Under the pieces are notes generated by a model. The model made no database searches. It was not told the origin of the DNA and worked only from the letters and a program-made list of their open reading frames with translations. From positions 49,278 to 113,277 of the forward strand of contig CAVWXZ010000018.1 of the NCBI GenBank assembly GCA_963759075.1: a stretch of DNA of 64,000 bases, written 5' to 3'. Origin of the DNA: an uncultured Gammaproteobacteria bacterium (GTDB taxonomy: Bacteria > Pseudomonadota > Gammaproteobacteria > Steroidobacterales > JABDLF01). Position 1 is the stretch's first letter. Each line of letters begins with the position of its first letter. The position numbers and the translations under genes are program-made. Positions 17,618-25,269 of this stretch are shown here, in pieces.

Positions 17618-17699
17618 CAATGCGCTGCAGCGGGCGGATCATGAATAAAGTGCAACAAAAGAGCGACGGCATTGCCGCCGCTGAGCTTAGACGTTAGGT
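17612..17699 (+). repeat. attC site (88 bp, subfamily A)
   Basis: ACCTAAC AATGCGCTGCAGCGGGCGG ... GCCGCCGCTGAGCTTAGAC GTTAGGT. The centre is nearly identical to the site at 13265. Confidence 0.8.
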
Positions 17700-18039
17700 G
17701 GCTTTGAAAAGCACCGCAGTTCTGGCATTGGCACTTCTCGCGGGCGCGTCGGTTTCTGCCGGCGCCGAGAACAATATAGCAGGCTGCCGATACGATCTTG
17801 ACGTGCTGAACAAGGTCATACCCGCCTATCCGTATGTCGAATTTTCGCCGTTGGAAGGATATGTAGTCTTGGACTTCATCGTAAACAAGGCGGGACACCC
17901 AATAGATATCACGGTCGTGGGGTCGTCGAGTAAAATCTTTCATCGTTCGGCTATCGCAGCAATGAGTGGCTGGCTTTTCGAGCCGCCCGGAAGGCCGTGT
18001 CGCCGAGTGTTTCGAATGGAGTATTTGTTTGAAAACTGA
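17698..18039 (+). CDS. cassette 9: secreted TonB C-terminal-domain-like protein, 113 aa
   Basis: Signal peptide MALKSTAVLALALLAGASVSAGA. TonB_C-like text: PAYPYVEFSPLEGYVVLDFIVNKAGHPIDITVVGSSSKIFHRSAIAAMSGWLFEP. The GTG start overlaps the GTTAG-GTG core of the preceding attC. Confidence 0.55.
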   Translation: MALKSTAVLALALLAGASVSAGAENNIAGCRYDLDVLNKVIPAYPYVEFSPLEGYVVLDFIVNKAGHPIDITVVGSSSKIFHRSAIAAMSGWLFEPPGRPCRRVFRMEYLFEN

Positions 18040-18138
18040 ATGCGACAAGGCGCTGCGGCAGACGTTTGACCCGGCCAGCCGGTCGGCTGTCGCCAAACGC
18101 CTGTCCGCCTCAAATGCTGCTTGGCTTAGACGTTGGGT
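18040..18138 (+). repeat. attC site (99 bp) with degenerate left core
   Basis: ATGCGAC AAGGCGCTGCGGCAGACG ... GCTGCTTGGCTTAGAC GTTGGGT. Confidence 0.6.
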
Positions 18139-18181
18139 GGCACTGGAGAAGTCTTAACAAGCTCATGAGCAGGGGGAGCTT

Positions 18182-18661
18182 ATGGAAACGGAAACGATGA
18201 TATTAAGTTGGGAGAACCCGGTGTTTCTGACCTATGTTCTCGCGGCATCGGTCATGCTGTTGAAGCTCGCGCTTCAACCTTGGATGACTGTTTATCGAAT
18301 GATGAAAGTTCGCGGTGGGTTTCGCAGTCCGGAGGATGCCAGGAAAAGCCCTTTGAATCCGCATCCTGAGTCAGGCCAGCTTGAACCGAACGAGTATGTC
18401 GAACGATCTCGCCGCATGAATCTGAATGACTTGGAAAACATACCGGCCTTTCTCGTGGCGGGACTACTGTTTGTGCTTACGGAGCCGCCGTTGGTGCTTG
18501 CGCATGTGCTTTTATGGGCCTTTGTAGCATCACGCGCGGCGCACTTCATAGCCTATGCCACAGCGCAGCTGCATGATGTACGAGCCACACTTTGGACCGT
18601 GAGTTCGTTTTCAGTTATCACGATGGTAGTGTATACGCTCATCTACGCGGCAACTCTCTGA
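18182..18661 (+). CDS. cassette 10: MAPEG-family membrane protein (microsomal glutathione S-transferase-like)
   Basis: 159 aa with 4 TM segments and ERSRRMNLNDLENIPAFLVAGLLF, resembling the MGST RxHxNxxENxxxF motif. Confidence 0.65.
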   Translation: METETMILSWENPVFLTYVLAASVMLLKLALQPWMTVYRMMKVRGGFRSPEDARKSPLNPHPESGQLEPNEYVERSRRMNLNDLENIPAFLVAGLLFVLTEPPLVLAHVLLWAFVASRAAHFIAYATAQLHDVRATLWTVSSFSVITMVVYTLIYAATL

Positions 18662-18675
18662 TAGGACGCGGTGCC

Positions 18676-18775
18676 ACCTAACAAAGAGGTGGAGCCGACA
18701 GTCAAAGAGCGTCACGTCCTTTGCATGCGGAAAGGCCGCGCCACTTTTGTGCGCGGCTCCTCCCCGACGTTAGGA
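18676..18775 (+). repeat. attC site (100 bp)
   Basis: ACCTAAC AAAGAGGTGGAGCCG ... GCGCGGCTCCTCCCCGAC GTTAGGA. The GGAGCCG / CGGCTCC arms pair. Confidence 0.7.
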
Positions 18776-18856
18776 AGCCGTGCAGGGCACAGGAAGTAAG
18801 TGGCTTCCAAATATTGCTTTCCTGAAAGAGCAACTCTTGAAGGAACAGAAAGCCAT

Positions 18857-20647
18857 ATGAACCGAGTTTATTTTATAGTTGTTGTATTGGCCGCTGTTCT
18901 TATCGGTTGCGGTAGCACCGGTTCTCGGTCCGACGAGGGCGCACCAGATCCGGCCAGTGAAGCAGTGATTCACGAGTCCGAAATCGCCGAGAGGGTCGAT
19001 CGCTATCTCTCGGCTATGGAATCGCTCGGCTTTTCCGGGGCAATCATCGTCGACCACGAGGGTGATGTGGTGCTGCGCAAAGGGTACGGGTTCGCAGACC
19101 GTGAGACGCGTCGTCCCTATAGGCCCACGACCGTCCAGTCACATGGGTCGATCACCAAGCAGATGACGGCTGCAGCTATCCTCTTGCTCGAGTCTCGTGG
19201 CGATCTCTCTGTCGACGATTCGATCGAGCTGTTCTTCGACGAGGTTCCGGAAGACAAGCGAGGCATTACCCTTCACCAGCTCCTGACGCACTCTTCCGGT
19301 ATGTCCGGAGGGATCGGTCCCGACGACGAGCCCATCGCGGCACAGGCCTACATAAAGCGCGCGATGGCAGAACCTCTTGGGTTCGAACCGGGCACGGGAT
19401 ACGGCTATTCCAATGTCGGGTACGCGCTGCTGGGTCTCATCGTGGAACGGGTGTCGGGAGAGACGTACGAGGCATTTCTGCGCCAGCAGCTACTGTTGCC
19501 TGCCGGGCTGGCCGATACGGGATACGTGTTGCCCGAGTGGGAACGAGATCGGGTCGCGGTGGGCTACCGGAATGGCGAGCGCTGGGGATATGTGCATGGG
19601 CGCGGCTGGCTCGAAGACGGGCCGAATTGGAATCTGCGCGCCAACGGCGGCCTTCACACTACCGTCAACGACATGAACAGGTGGCTGAATACTGTCCGGG
19701 GTCAGGGGGTGTTGAGCGCCGAAGCAACCCGACGCTGGACCACGGGCTACGTCAAAGAGGAGAGCAGTGAATCCCGGTACGGCTATGGCTGGGTGGTGCG
19801 CGATACCCAATGGGGTAGGATGATCAACCACGGTGGCAGCAACCTCATCTTCTCCGCCGAGCTTGTCTGGCTGCCGGACCAGGATTTGTTCTTCTATATT
19901 CAGGGCAACGCGTCGATGATCTCTACGTCGATGATCTCTGCATTGGGGCAACGCGACCGGCTTCTCGCTGCCGCGTTCGATGCTGAGTTTCTTGTACCGC
20001 CTCTGGTCGAGCCCGACCCTGATGCCCGCCCGGAAGACGCCAGCGAGCGGGCAGGAAACTACCATCTGGATGAGGGGGCGCTGGAACTGACGGCCGACGA
20101 CACGCGGCTTGTCGCCAAGCTCTCCGGCCAGGCAGTGCTGAACGCCATGTTGGATCCTGCTGAGGAGCAGCGAACGCGGTTTGCAGAACTCAACCGGCGC
20201 ACCAGAGATGCAATGGATAGGTTGGAAGCGGGCCAGGAGGACGCGCTTGCAGGCATGATCCGCGCGAATGAAGATCCAGTCGAACTCACCCGCCCCTTCC
20301 TGGACCGTATCTCTCAAATCAGCAGCCAATTCGGTGACCTGCAATCCCTGCATCTGATCGGTTCCTTTGAGAATGTTCCGGGCTCGCGCTTTGCTGACCT
20401 TGGACCTTGGACTACGTTCGTGTATGCAGAGTTTGAGCACTGGAATCAGTACTGGAACCTCATCTGGAACAGCGATGGCACCTATCGTGGAAACTGGAGC
20501 GGATCCTGGCCGTCATTAATCCTGGTCCCGACGGCGGAGGGGCGATATACAGGCGTCGGGCAGGAGCCACCCTGGCAGACTGTAGAACTTCGTTTCGAAG
20601 ATGAATGCCTCGTGGCCACAGAGCTGCGTGCCTGCCGGGAGAAATAG
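18857..20647 (+). CDS. cassette 11: beta-lactamase-family serine hydrolase lipoprotein with a ~250-aa C-terminal extension
   Basis: Start taken at MNRVYFIVVVLAAVLIGC (lipobox). SxxK motif: GSITKQ. YxN motif: YGYSNVGYALLG. HGG at INHGGSN sits in the KTG position. About 596 aa in total. Confidence 0.7.
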   Translation: MNRVYFIVVVLAAVLIGCGSTGSRSDEGAPDPASEAVIHESEIAERVDRYLSAMESLGFSGAIIVDHEGDVVLRKGYGFADRETRRPYRPTTVQSHGSITKQMTAAAILLLESRGDLSVDDSIELFFDEVPEDKRGITLHQLLTHSSGMSGGIGPDDEPIAAQAYIKRAMAEPLGFEPGTGYGYSNVGYALLGLIVERVSGETYEAFLRQQLLLPAGLADTGYVLPEWERDRVAVGYRNGERWGYVHGRGWLEDGPNWNLRANGGLHTTVNDMNRWLNTVRGQGVLSAEATRRWTTGYVKEESSESRYGYGWVVRDTQWGRMINHGGSNLIFSAELVWLPDQDLFFYIQGNASMISTSMISALGQRDRLLAAAFDAEFLVPPLVEPDPDARPEDASERAGNYHLDEGALELTADDTRLVAKLSGQAVLNAMLDPAEEQRTRFAELNRRTRDAMDRLEAGQEDALAGMIRANEDPVELTRPFLDRISQISSQFGDLQSLHLIGSFENVPGSRFADLGPWTTFVYAEFEHWNQYWNLIWNSDGTYRGNWSGSWPSLILVPTAEGRYTGVGQEPPWQTVELRFEDECLVATELRACREK

Positions 20648-20725
20648 AGTGCCGGCGGTCCGAGAGCGGGCGGTTGTTGCAAGAGGCACAGGAATCACGA
20701 CCGAGGAGCCAAGTGGAGCCTGGCT

Positions 20726-20810
20726 TCCTAACAAGGCGTTGCGCCTGGTAAATGTGCCGGGTAAGGCGAGGATATTCGTTTTGGACCCAGGTCGCCGCCT
20801 CCGAATAGGA
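20726..20810 (+). repeat. attC-like site with inactivated right core (AATAGGA)
   Basis: TCCTAAC AAGGCGTTGCGCCTGG ... CCAGGTCGCCGCCTCCG AATAGGA. The arms are complementary, but GTT is replaced by AAT. Confidence 0.45.
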
Positions 20811-20820
20811 AATTGCCAGA

Positions 20821-21456
20821 ATGTTACAGATAGCCAGAGTCATTTGGGTCACAATAGGCGCCTCGTTATTGGTGGGGAATGCTGTGGCCACGGAGGAAGC
20901 GAAATATACGGTGCTCCGTGAAGAAGACGGATTCGAACTGCGACTATACGAATCCCACATTCTCGCCGAGACCATGGTGAAAGGCGACTTTGAAGATGCG
21001 GGTAATGAAGCATTTGGTCGTTTGTTTAAATACATTTCTGGTAACAATGAGCAGCAGCAAAAAGTTGCGATGACATCTCCTGTCGGACAAGAAGCATCGA
21101 GTCAGAAGATCGAGATGACATCACCGGTAAGCCAGCAAAAGCAGGATGGCAAGTGGGTTGTCAGCTTCATGATGCCTGCGTCATTCACCCTGGAAACAAC
21201 TCCTGAGCCGAAGGATCCGAGTGTCTCTATTCGCCAGGTTCCGGCACGTCACATTGCCGCGGTACGTTATTCCGGTTTTTGGAACGAAAAGGGTTACCGT
21301 CGCAACTTAACAAAACTTCAGAATTGGATAGAAAGAAGTGGCTTAAAGCCGCTAGGCGAACCGCTTTGGGCACGTTACAACCCTCCGTTTATGCCTTGGT
21401 TCCTGCGTCGAAATGAAATCCTGGTGCAGGTTGCATCCCCAGAATCAGGCGATTGA
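20821..21456 (+). CDS. cassette 12: SOUL heme-binding family protein, secreted
   Basis: Signal peptide, then EEAKYTVLREEDGFELRLYESHILAET..AFGRLFKYISGNNEQQQKVAMTSPV..ARYNPPFMPWFLRRNEILVQV. Confidence 0.7.
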   Translation: MLQIARVIWVTIGASLLVGNAVATEEAKYTVLREEDGFELRLYESHILAETMVKGDFEDAGNEAFGRLFKYISGNNEQQQKVAMTSPVGQEASSQKIEMTSPVSQQKQDGKWVVSFMMPASFTLETTPEPKDPSVSIRQVPARHIAAVRYSGFWNEKGYRRNLTKLQNWIERSGLKPLGEPLWARYNPPFMPWFLRRNEILVQVASPESGD

Positions 21457-21472
21457 GCATGGTGCAGTTGAC

Positions 21473-21570
21473 GCCCAACAAGGCGTTGCATCGGACCATT
21501 GCGCTGCCACGCATTTGGCTGCAGCGAAATGCGAGTCAGCCTCAATTTCAGATGAACCTTGGCATTAGGC
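21473..21570 (+). repeat. attC-like site (98 bp), right core ATTAGGC
   Basis: GCCCAAC AAGGCGTTGCATCGGACC ... GAACCTTGGC ATTAGGC. This is the last attC-type element I can recognise. Confidence 0.5.
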
Positions 21571-21584
21571 CGCAGGAGAACCCA

Positions 21585-22352
21585 ATGAAGCGTACGTCGA
21601 CGATCATTAACCCTTTAGGAAACCAAATGCGACGCCTGCTTTGTTGTACGGCTGTTGCGCTATTTATCTCTGGTTGCGCAACTTACATACCGCCCGGCGC
21701 GAAAGCTGATTTCGATGCTTTTGCGCCCCCGGATATCCAGGCCGGATTCGCTGCCAGGCCTACGAACCCTTTTCCGGGAAGCATCGCCGTCGTAAGGGTC
21801 CAGTCCCCAACGTACACCAACTATTACCTGCAGCAACGCGGTGGAATTTACGGCACGGGTCGTTATTCAGTCGTTCTCACGAAAGAGGCCGACGAGGACA
21901 AACAGCTTGAGCGTGTGACGAAGCTTCCACAGCTCACAGGGCTGGTAACTATCAATCGAATGCTCCTGCCCGAGCAGCTGGAAAGTGACAACGAGATTCG
22001 GGCAGCTGCGTCGCGCCTTCAGGCCGACCTGCTGTTCTTGTACACCTTTGACACGTCATTCTTCGATTCCGACAAGTCAAAGCCTCTGAGTGTAATAACA
22101 CTCGGCCTCTCGCCTACGCGAAAGATTTCTGCGATCACTACATGCTCGGCTCTTTTGCTGGATACCCGCACCGGATATATATATTCAGCGTATGAAGTCA
22201 CGGAAAGGGCGGAAACATTCTCGACATCATGGGGCGCCCGGGATACAGCGGACGAGGCACGTCGAAACAACGAGCGGGAGGCTTTCAAAAAGCTAAGCGA
22301 TGAATTCATCAGCTCGTGGCCGAAGCTACTCGAGCGCTATGACGAGCACTGA
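21585..22352 (+). CDS. cassette 13: lipoprotein of unknown function, 255 aa
   Basis: ATG at 21585 with AGGAGA upstream, and lipobox VALFISGC. The longer ORF start at 21453 lies inside the attC and was not used. Confidence 0.55.
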   Translation: MKRTSTIINPLGNQMRRLLCCTAVALFISGCATYIPPGAKADFDAFAPPDIQAGFAARPTNPFPGSIAVVRVQSPTYTNYYLQQRGGIYGTGRYSVVLTKEADEDKQLERVTKLPQLTGLVTINRMLLPEQLESDNEIRAAASRLQADLLFLYTFDTSFFDSDKSKPLSVITLGLSPTRKISAITTCSALLLDTRTGYIYSAYEVTERAETFSTSWGARDTADEARRNNEREAFKKLSDEFISSWPKLLERYDEH

Positions 22353-22596
22353 CACGTCTATCGGGTATGTGGCGATTGAGCAAGCAGCCCGCGTACTGGA
22401 CGGAAAGCGAGGAAGCTTTGTTCTGCAACACGCCGGCTCCGTGAATCGTGGCGCTGCATCTCTCACAGTAACCGCAGTGCCGGACTCTGGCACGGAGGGG
22501 TTGGTCGGACTGGAAGGGAAATTCAGAATCAATATCGAAGATGTCGGAAACAGTTGCGAATTCGCCGATCACCTGCCTGCCCGGGATGGTGAATGA
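22339..22596 (+). CDS. DUF3224-like protein, apparently N-terminally truncated
   Basis: GKRGSFVLQHAGSVNRGAASLTVTAVPDSGTEGLVGLEGKFRINI resembles the C-terminal half of DUF3224 (from memory). It overlaps the end of the preceding gene. Confidence 0.35.
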   Translation: MTSTDTSIGYVAIEQAARVLDGKRGSFVLQHAGSVNRGAASLTVTAVPDSGTEGLVGLEGKFRINIEDVGNSCEFADHLPARDGE

Positions 22597-22825
22597 CGTC
22601 TATGGATTTTCAAATGGCCAACCATCCTTTGCGACCGCTTCACTCAAGCACCGAGCGCATTATCAATCAGAAACGGGCGACGATTATCGCGACGCCTACA
22701 TTGAAAAGGCGGCAAGGCCGAGGTTTATTAACCATGCAGGCTTCTATGCAGCCGCGCGACTTTCTGCTACTGAATGAAAAAATCAGTCTTATGAGAGGCG
22801 GCATCACAACGGGAGTAAGTATGTA

Positions 22826-23170
22826 ATGCAAATCCACTACCTTGAGATTGTCGCGAAGGGCGCGGAGGCGGTGTGTGCCGCTTACGCCGCAGCGAATGAT
22901 GTACAGTTCGGCGCACCGGAGGCCATGCTGGGTAATGCCCGGACAGCCCCACTTAAGGGGGGCGGGCTGGTCGGAGTCCGGGAGCCGATGCACGAGGCCG
23001 AAGAACCCGTGGTGCGACCCTATTGGCTCGTTCGGGACATTACGAAGGCTGTCGCCGCCGTGGTGGATGCCGGCGGTGAGATCATTCATCCGCCCCTCGA
23101 GATTCCCGGTTTGGGGACGTTTGCAATCTATACTATAGGCGGCAATCAACATGGTTTATGGGAGCTGTAG
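22826..23170 (+). CDS. VOC/glyoxalase-family protein, 114 aa
   Basis: MQIHYLEIVAKGAEAVCAAY..VRPYWLVRDITKAVAAVVDAGGEIIHPPLEIPGLGTFAIYTIGGNQHGLWE. Confidence 0.6.
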   Translation: MQIHYLEIVAKGAEAVCAAYAAANDVQFGAPEAMLGNARTAPLKGGGLVGVREPMHEAEEPVVRPYWLVRDITKAVAAVVDAGGEIIHPPLEIPGLGTFAIYTIGGNQHGLWEL

Positions 23171-23279
23171 CCTTGCCTCAGGCAGCGTTTCTTAGCCTGG
23201 GCGGTCACTCACGGCGACCTGCGACAGCTTGCGGTGCCTCCTTACCGCAGCGTGCCACCCAAATAGAACAGGAATAGCA

Positions 23280-23819
23280 ATGACAAAATGGATAGCGCTG
23301 CTGCGCGGCATTAATGTTGGCGGCAACAACATGCTGCCCATGAAAAGACTTAAAACTGACCTTGAATCACTGAATCTCAAGAACGTCCAAACGTATATCC
23401 AAAGCGGAAATGTTGTGTTCGATGCAAGCGCCAGAACGCCCTCATCGCTATCCAACAAAATTGCCCGGTTGATCGAGAAAAACTATGGGTTTCGTCCGCA
23501 GCTTCTGCTACTTGAAAAGAAACACCTGCTGAAAGCGATCCGATCGAATCCGTTCACCACAGCTGTGTCGGACCCCAAGACGCTGCATTTCTTTTTCCTT
23601 GCGGAACGCCCCTCCAGGCCAGATATCAAAGCCATCGATGCGGCAAAGTCAGCGAGCGAACACTACAAATTGATCGACAGCGTGTTTTATCTTCACGCCC
23701 CGGACGGGATTGCCCGCTCCAAGCTGGCCGCAAACGCGGAAAAGTATCTTGGTGTTGTTACTACTGCACGAAACTATCGCACTGTGGAAAAACTCGCATC
23801 CATGCTGACGGAAGCCTGA
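23280..23819 (+). CDS. DUF1697 family protein
   Basis: MTKWIALLRGINVGGNNMLPMKRLKTDLESLNLKNVQTYIQSGNVVF ... TARNYRTVEKL. Confidence 0.7.
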   Translation: MTKWIALLRGINVGGNNMLPMKRLKTDLESLNLKNVQTYIQSGNVVFDASARTPSSLSNKIARLIEKNYGFRPQLLLLEKKHLLKAIRSNPFTTAVSDPKTLHFFFLAERPSRPDIKAIDAAKSASEHYKLIDSVFYLHAPDGIARSKLAANAEKYLGVVTTARNYRTVEKLASMLTEA

Positions 23820-23892
23820 CACTCAGTATCGCATCGCCATGCAGCGGGCTGCTGGCATCACGCTTTCCGGGGTTAAGGTGTTTCCCCGGCAG

Positions 23893-25245
23893 CTACTGAA
23901 AACCGAAAACCAGCGGAAAAATCAGCACGACTAACCACGCCCACACCGCGTAAACCGGCAGGTACGACGTCTGCCATCGCTCAAGCAGCGCGAAGTCGCC
24001 CTGCCCGCGTATGAACCTCGCGTAAAGCACAGCCGACCACCCGAGGTTTGCTACCAGAATGAGGTTCTCGCCCAGTGCGGCGACTCTGTTGGGGCTGAAT
24101 CCGAATTCGGAGATCCGGCCTACGATCGCCCACAGTGCCAGTGCGTCCACCAGCAGCGCGCAGACTATTAGCAGGAGCTGCAGGTGATCGAACATGCCTG
24201 GCGCCTTCCGGGAGTCCCGCGCCGAGATGGAATAAAGGAGCAGGCCCACCACCACGATCAGGAGCAGGTCGAAGCCGATAAGCACCTCGCGGCCGACGTT
24301 GATGCCGCTTCCCGTGAACAGCATAGTGCCCAGGAACGCCAGTAGCATCAGCGTGAAAAGAGGCGTGAAAAGCATCGTAAGCACCGGCGCCATGTTCTCA
24401 ATAACGCTTTGCTTGGCCTCAACGAGCCAGCCGGCAATGATAACGGCGCCCATGACACCGCAGGGTAGTATCCACTCATTGACGAGCCATTCGGGGTCAA
24501 CGCCGATGGCGCTGAATATGAAAAAGGTGGTCCCCATCAGGACGCCACCGCCAGCAGCGATGAGCGCATAATAAATAAACCACTCTCCGGAAAAGCGGAT
24601 GTAGTTCATGCGCTGTTGATGGTCGCGCCACAGTCCGCCGGCATAGGCGACGCCCACAATCAACCACAGTGCCATGGGCAGGTGCAGAGCGGCGAGCATC
24701 TCCGAGCTACCCATCGGGGTAAACGGAAGAAGGTTTACCGCGACGGCCGCGACCACAAAAGTGGCGGCAATCCAGAACCGCTGGGCGGACTCCAGCCCTC
24801 GCTTCCATGCGAAGAACCAGGCGAGGAAAGGGAGCACGAAAAGACTCAGGTTTCTGAAATAAAAAGATGGGCTCGGGTCAGGGTCGTCAAGCATGATGCC
24901 GAAGAGTTCCGGCACTTTGATAGCCACGCCTGCAGCAACAGCCAGACCCACGGCCACCACGGCCTCCTTCTTCCACTCCGCCGCGCTTTCGCCAGTCTCC
25001 GGCGCGACGACCAGCCGCTTCCATAGTCGCTCTGAGTACTCCCGTGCGTACTCCCCTGACAGTGCATCGAGAGCTCCCAGGCGCTTGACGGCGATGAGGA
25101 AGGCCTCTTCCTCGTCGAGCCCTGCTTCCAGCAGATCGGCGACCTGGGTTCGAAGGTGGTCTTCGAGTTCATCCACGTCGGGCCTGTCGATGGCAGGCCG
25201 TCCGAGCACGTAGGCACGCCACTCAGCGACTCGTTTTTCCAGCAT
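23893..25245 (-). CDS. polytopic membrane protein, 450 aa, partner of the PadR regulator
   Basis: A cytoplasmic N-terminal helical domain (WRAYVLGRPAIDRPDVDELEDHLRTQVADLLEAGLDEEEAFLIAVKRLG), typical of PadR-linked membrane proteins, is followed by about 10 TM helices. Confidence 0.6.
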   Translation of the reverse strand: MLEKRVAEWRAYVLGRPAIDRPDVDELEDHLRTQVADLLEAGLDEEEAFLIAVKRLGALDALSGEYAREYSERLWKRLVVAPETGESAAEWKKEAVVAVGLAVAAGVAIKVPELFGIMLDDPDPSPSFYFRNLSLFVLPFLAWFFAWKRGLESAQRFWIAATFVVAAVAVNLLPFTPMGSSEMLAALHLPMALWLIVGVAYAGGLWRDHQQRMNYIRFSGEWFIYYALIAAGGGVLMGTTFFIFSAIGVDPEWLVNEWILPCGVMGAVIIAGWLVEAKQSVIENMAPVLTMLFTPLFTLMLLAFLGTMLFTGSGINVGREVLIGFDLLLIVVVGLLLYSISARDSRKAPGMFDHLQLLLIVCALLVDALALWAIVGRISEFGFSPNRVAALGENLILVANLGWSAVLYARFIRGQGDFALLERWQTSYLPVYAVWAWLVVLIFPLVFGFQ

Positions 25246-25269
25246 TTTTCGCCTCCGTGAATTGAGTGG

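Noticed and set aside
19490-20440. 316-aa minus-strand ORF inside the serine hydrolase cassette, and similar antisense ORFs (20460-21047, 25502-26218, 26740-27549, 37527-38222).
   Set aside because: Each is opposite a gene with clear family motifs and shows Arg/Pro-rich or otherwise featureless translation. The cassette structure supports the plus-strand genes.
21453-21584. Upstream start (21453) of the cassette-13 ORF.
   Set aside because: That start lies inside the attC-like site, so the extension would be translated attC sequence. An ATG with AGGAGA and a lipoprotein signal follows at 21585.
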